Position numbers and translations under genes: made by a program | Shown: in pieces, positions 61,867 to 64,000 of the stretch | Layout of the letters: each line of letters begins with the position of its first letter | Position numbering within the stretch: position 1 is the first letter of the stretch | Notes under the pieces: generated by a model | Databases searched by the model: none | Told to the model about the DNA's origin: nothing | What the model saw: the letters and a program-made list of their open reading frames with translations, nothing else | NCBI GenBank assembly: GCA_030265395.1 | Contig: JARFYF010000060.1 | Coordinates: 19,575,714-19,639,713 of the forward strand | Source of the DNA: Rhina ancylostomus | Taxonomy: Eukaryota | DNA: 64,000 nt | Reading direction: 5' to 3'

Positions 61867-62622
61867 TATAACTATTGGTGAGTGCTGGTATACTTATTTT
61901 ATGAGTACAGTTAACTTATAAGACTATTGTACTCTTTTCCTATAACTAAGTTATTCGCTAATGCTTTGCTTAAGAACACATTATTCCATCCTGTCATTTA
62001 TTTGAGCAGTTTTCTGCAGAATGCCATAATAAGCTCTACCATAGAGTGATCGGTTGTGGACTTGTACTGGTGTAGTCCTACTTTGAATTTGGTCACTGGA
62101 AGTGGAGACCTAGCACTTCTCTACAGAAAGGAAATATAAAATTAAATAGCAAATAGATTTGCTTTATCAAATTTTGGCATACACTTGCTTCGGAGAGTAA
62201 GTACTTAGCTATATTGAATCCAGTTTCGGTTAACTTCCACTGTAGGTCAGGCTGTGAGAAGAGAACAAAGGCACATGGAATGAGAGGTTCTCAAACGGTG
62301 GTATTCATGCTTTTTGGATGATGCATGGAATCTCTATGATTAATGTGGGATAAACTGTAATGGCAGATGCCCAGCATCGGGGAACCTGTATTCTTGGGAG
62401 TGAGGGTTGGGGCCAGGGGTGAGATAAAACTTGGAGAGAGGATATAATAGGTAGTTTTGGGGGGGGGGGGGTGGGGGGGGANNNNNNNNNNNNNNNNNNN
62501 NNNNNNNNNNNNNNNNNNNNNNNNNNNNNNNNNNNNNNNNNNNNNNNNNNNNNNNNNNNNNNNNNNNNNNNNNNNNNNNNNCTTGGGGTGGGGGATGTTG
62601 GAGAGAGATATATAGGTGGTTG

Positions 62623-62804
62623 GAGACATGAGACTGCCGATGCTGGAATCTGGAGCAAGAACCAAACAACTGGAGGAACTCAGCGGGTTGAACAGCATCC
62701 GTGAAGGCAAGGGGATAGTTGACGCTTTGAGTTGTGACCCTGCATCGGGCCTGTCCCTTTGGCTTCCACGGATGCTGCTCAACCCGCTGAATTCCCGGTT
62801 GTTT
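62623..62804. repeat. Palindromic Penelope-associated element (MITE-like hairpin)
   Basis: Arms 62664-62718 and 62751-62804 are reverse complements with few mismatches; begins with gagacatgagactgccgatgctggaatctggagcaa. Confidence 0.8.
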
Positions 62805-63626
62805 ATTGATTTGGAGAGATTTTTTGGGTAGATGATCATTTTTTAGGGTACGTGTCAGACATGATGAGCATTTAAGTGGTTAAAAAAAACAAAACATGAT
62901 GGTAGTGGTACACAGCTGACAAATTTGGAACAATATAAAGTTTGATATCAAGTTTGGAATCTTGTTCTAGCCCAAATGGACCACAGTCATATGCAATAAT
63001 ATGTTCTTGAAGCAGTTTGTCAGAGCAGTCAGCTCCAAATTGTCTACAGGTTGATGTAGCATCTTCCCCTAAGCATATTCTCTTATGATTCCAAAATATT
63101 CCAGCTGTTATGTAAACCAACAGGTTACATACCACCTGCATAGTTTGGAATTGAACATTCCCTTTTTGTTTTGCTCAGTTAGAACAGTAATTCCCTGCAC
63201 CGAATTCCAATCCACAAATGTTCCCCTGGATGAAACTGTATTTTGTAATACTGAGTCATGCAGATGATAAGTTTTCTGTTTCAATTCCTAATGCCTGCTG
63301 ATTGAGCTGACCTCAGCTGGGACAGCAACTGAACCTCTGCAGATGGTCTCAACTCCTCTGGACTAGGATAGGAAAAATTAATTGGTTGGGGGAGGGGGTT
63401 GAAATAAACCACATTCAAGTGACATTCTTTTTATTTATCGTACAGAAATTAGTTTGCATAGAGATCTATTGTATTTGAACTTGCTTACAGAAATTGTATG
63501 CTTTGAAAATGTTGACCCCAAGTAAAGGCTTTCATTTAGAAATGAAAGCAGAGGCACTGCTTTTAAAATTTGTAACAGATACAGCGTAACACAGAACAGT
63601 CTCATGGATTTCTTGCTTCTTTTTAG

Positions 63627-63755
63627 GACAAAGTGATTCCTGTCAGTAAGTTTGAACCCAGTACTCTGAATCTGCTCACCACGTTCACAAATGTTAGTTG
63701 TGGAAAACAGAAGTCATTGGCGGATGGAGTCCACAGGATCAGAGTGGATTTCAAG
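63627..63755 (+). CDS. KMT2A: KMT2A exon 9; the gene continues beyond the window
   Basis: tttttag|GACAAAGTG...TTCAAG|gtagaa; DKVIPVSK...TLNLLTT...KQKSLADGVHRIRVDFK; 129 nt, phase 0 to 0. Confidence 0.96.
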
Positions 63756-64000
63756 GTAGAAACAAGAAATATAAGGCTTCACATTTGCACTAATTATAGA
63801 CCATATTAGCTCTGGGAAATATTCATTTATATTTTCTTCCCACCAGTAACCACCACCCTCTTCCACAAGCAGGCATGCACACTTACAAGTTTTTCAATAT
63901 ATTTCTTTGTAACTGTGAAGCCAAAGAGAGTGGTGCAGAGCACTAAAGTCTTGAATCACACCATTGAGCAAGGGAAGACACCTGCATGTTAACATTCTAT

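Overview
Eukaryotic, AT-rich, gapped draft-assembly DNA from a vertebrate. The repeat landscape (CR1-type LINEs, V-type tRNA-derived SINEs, Penelope-like fragments) points to a cartilaginous fish, probably a ray or sawfish relative; this is inference. Two + strand genes are present in the order I recall for human 11q23. The first is ATP5MG (ATP synthase subunit g): the last two exons, 2332-2492 and 5374-5472. The second is KMT2A/MLL1: a CpG-rich promoter at about 12.5-13.4 kb and coding exons 1-9 (13135-63755), covering the menin/LEDGF-binding N-terminus, AT-hooks, SNL1/2 and the CXXC domain. All junctions are GT-AG and phase-compatible. I see no prokaryotic system, CRISPR array, rRNA or tRNA gene, and no convincing new biological system. 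Best leads: (i) a naturally compact MLL N-terminus lacking the long Gly/Ala/Ser linker; (ii) an intron-1 segment behind a 3' splice site that encodes EQYLGF, mimicking exon 2's LEDGF-binding DEQFLGF, followed by a stop; (iii) a degenerate first AT-hook; (iv) many decayed Penelope-associated minimal hammerhead-ribozyme-like motifs; (v) a strong cryptic acceptor in intron 8 that would truncate MLL just after CXXC. Human comparisons are from memory, and repeat boundaries are approximate.
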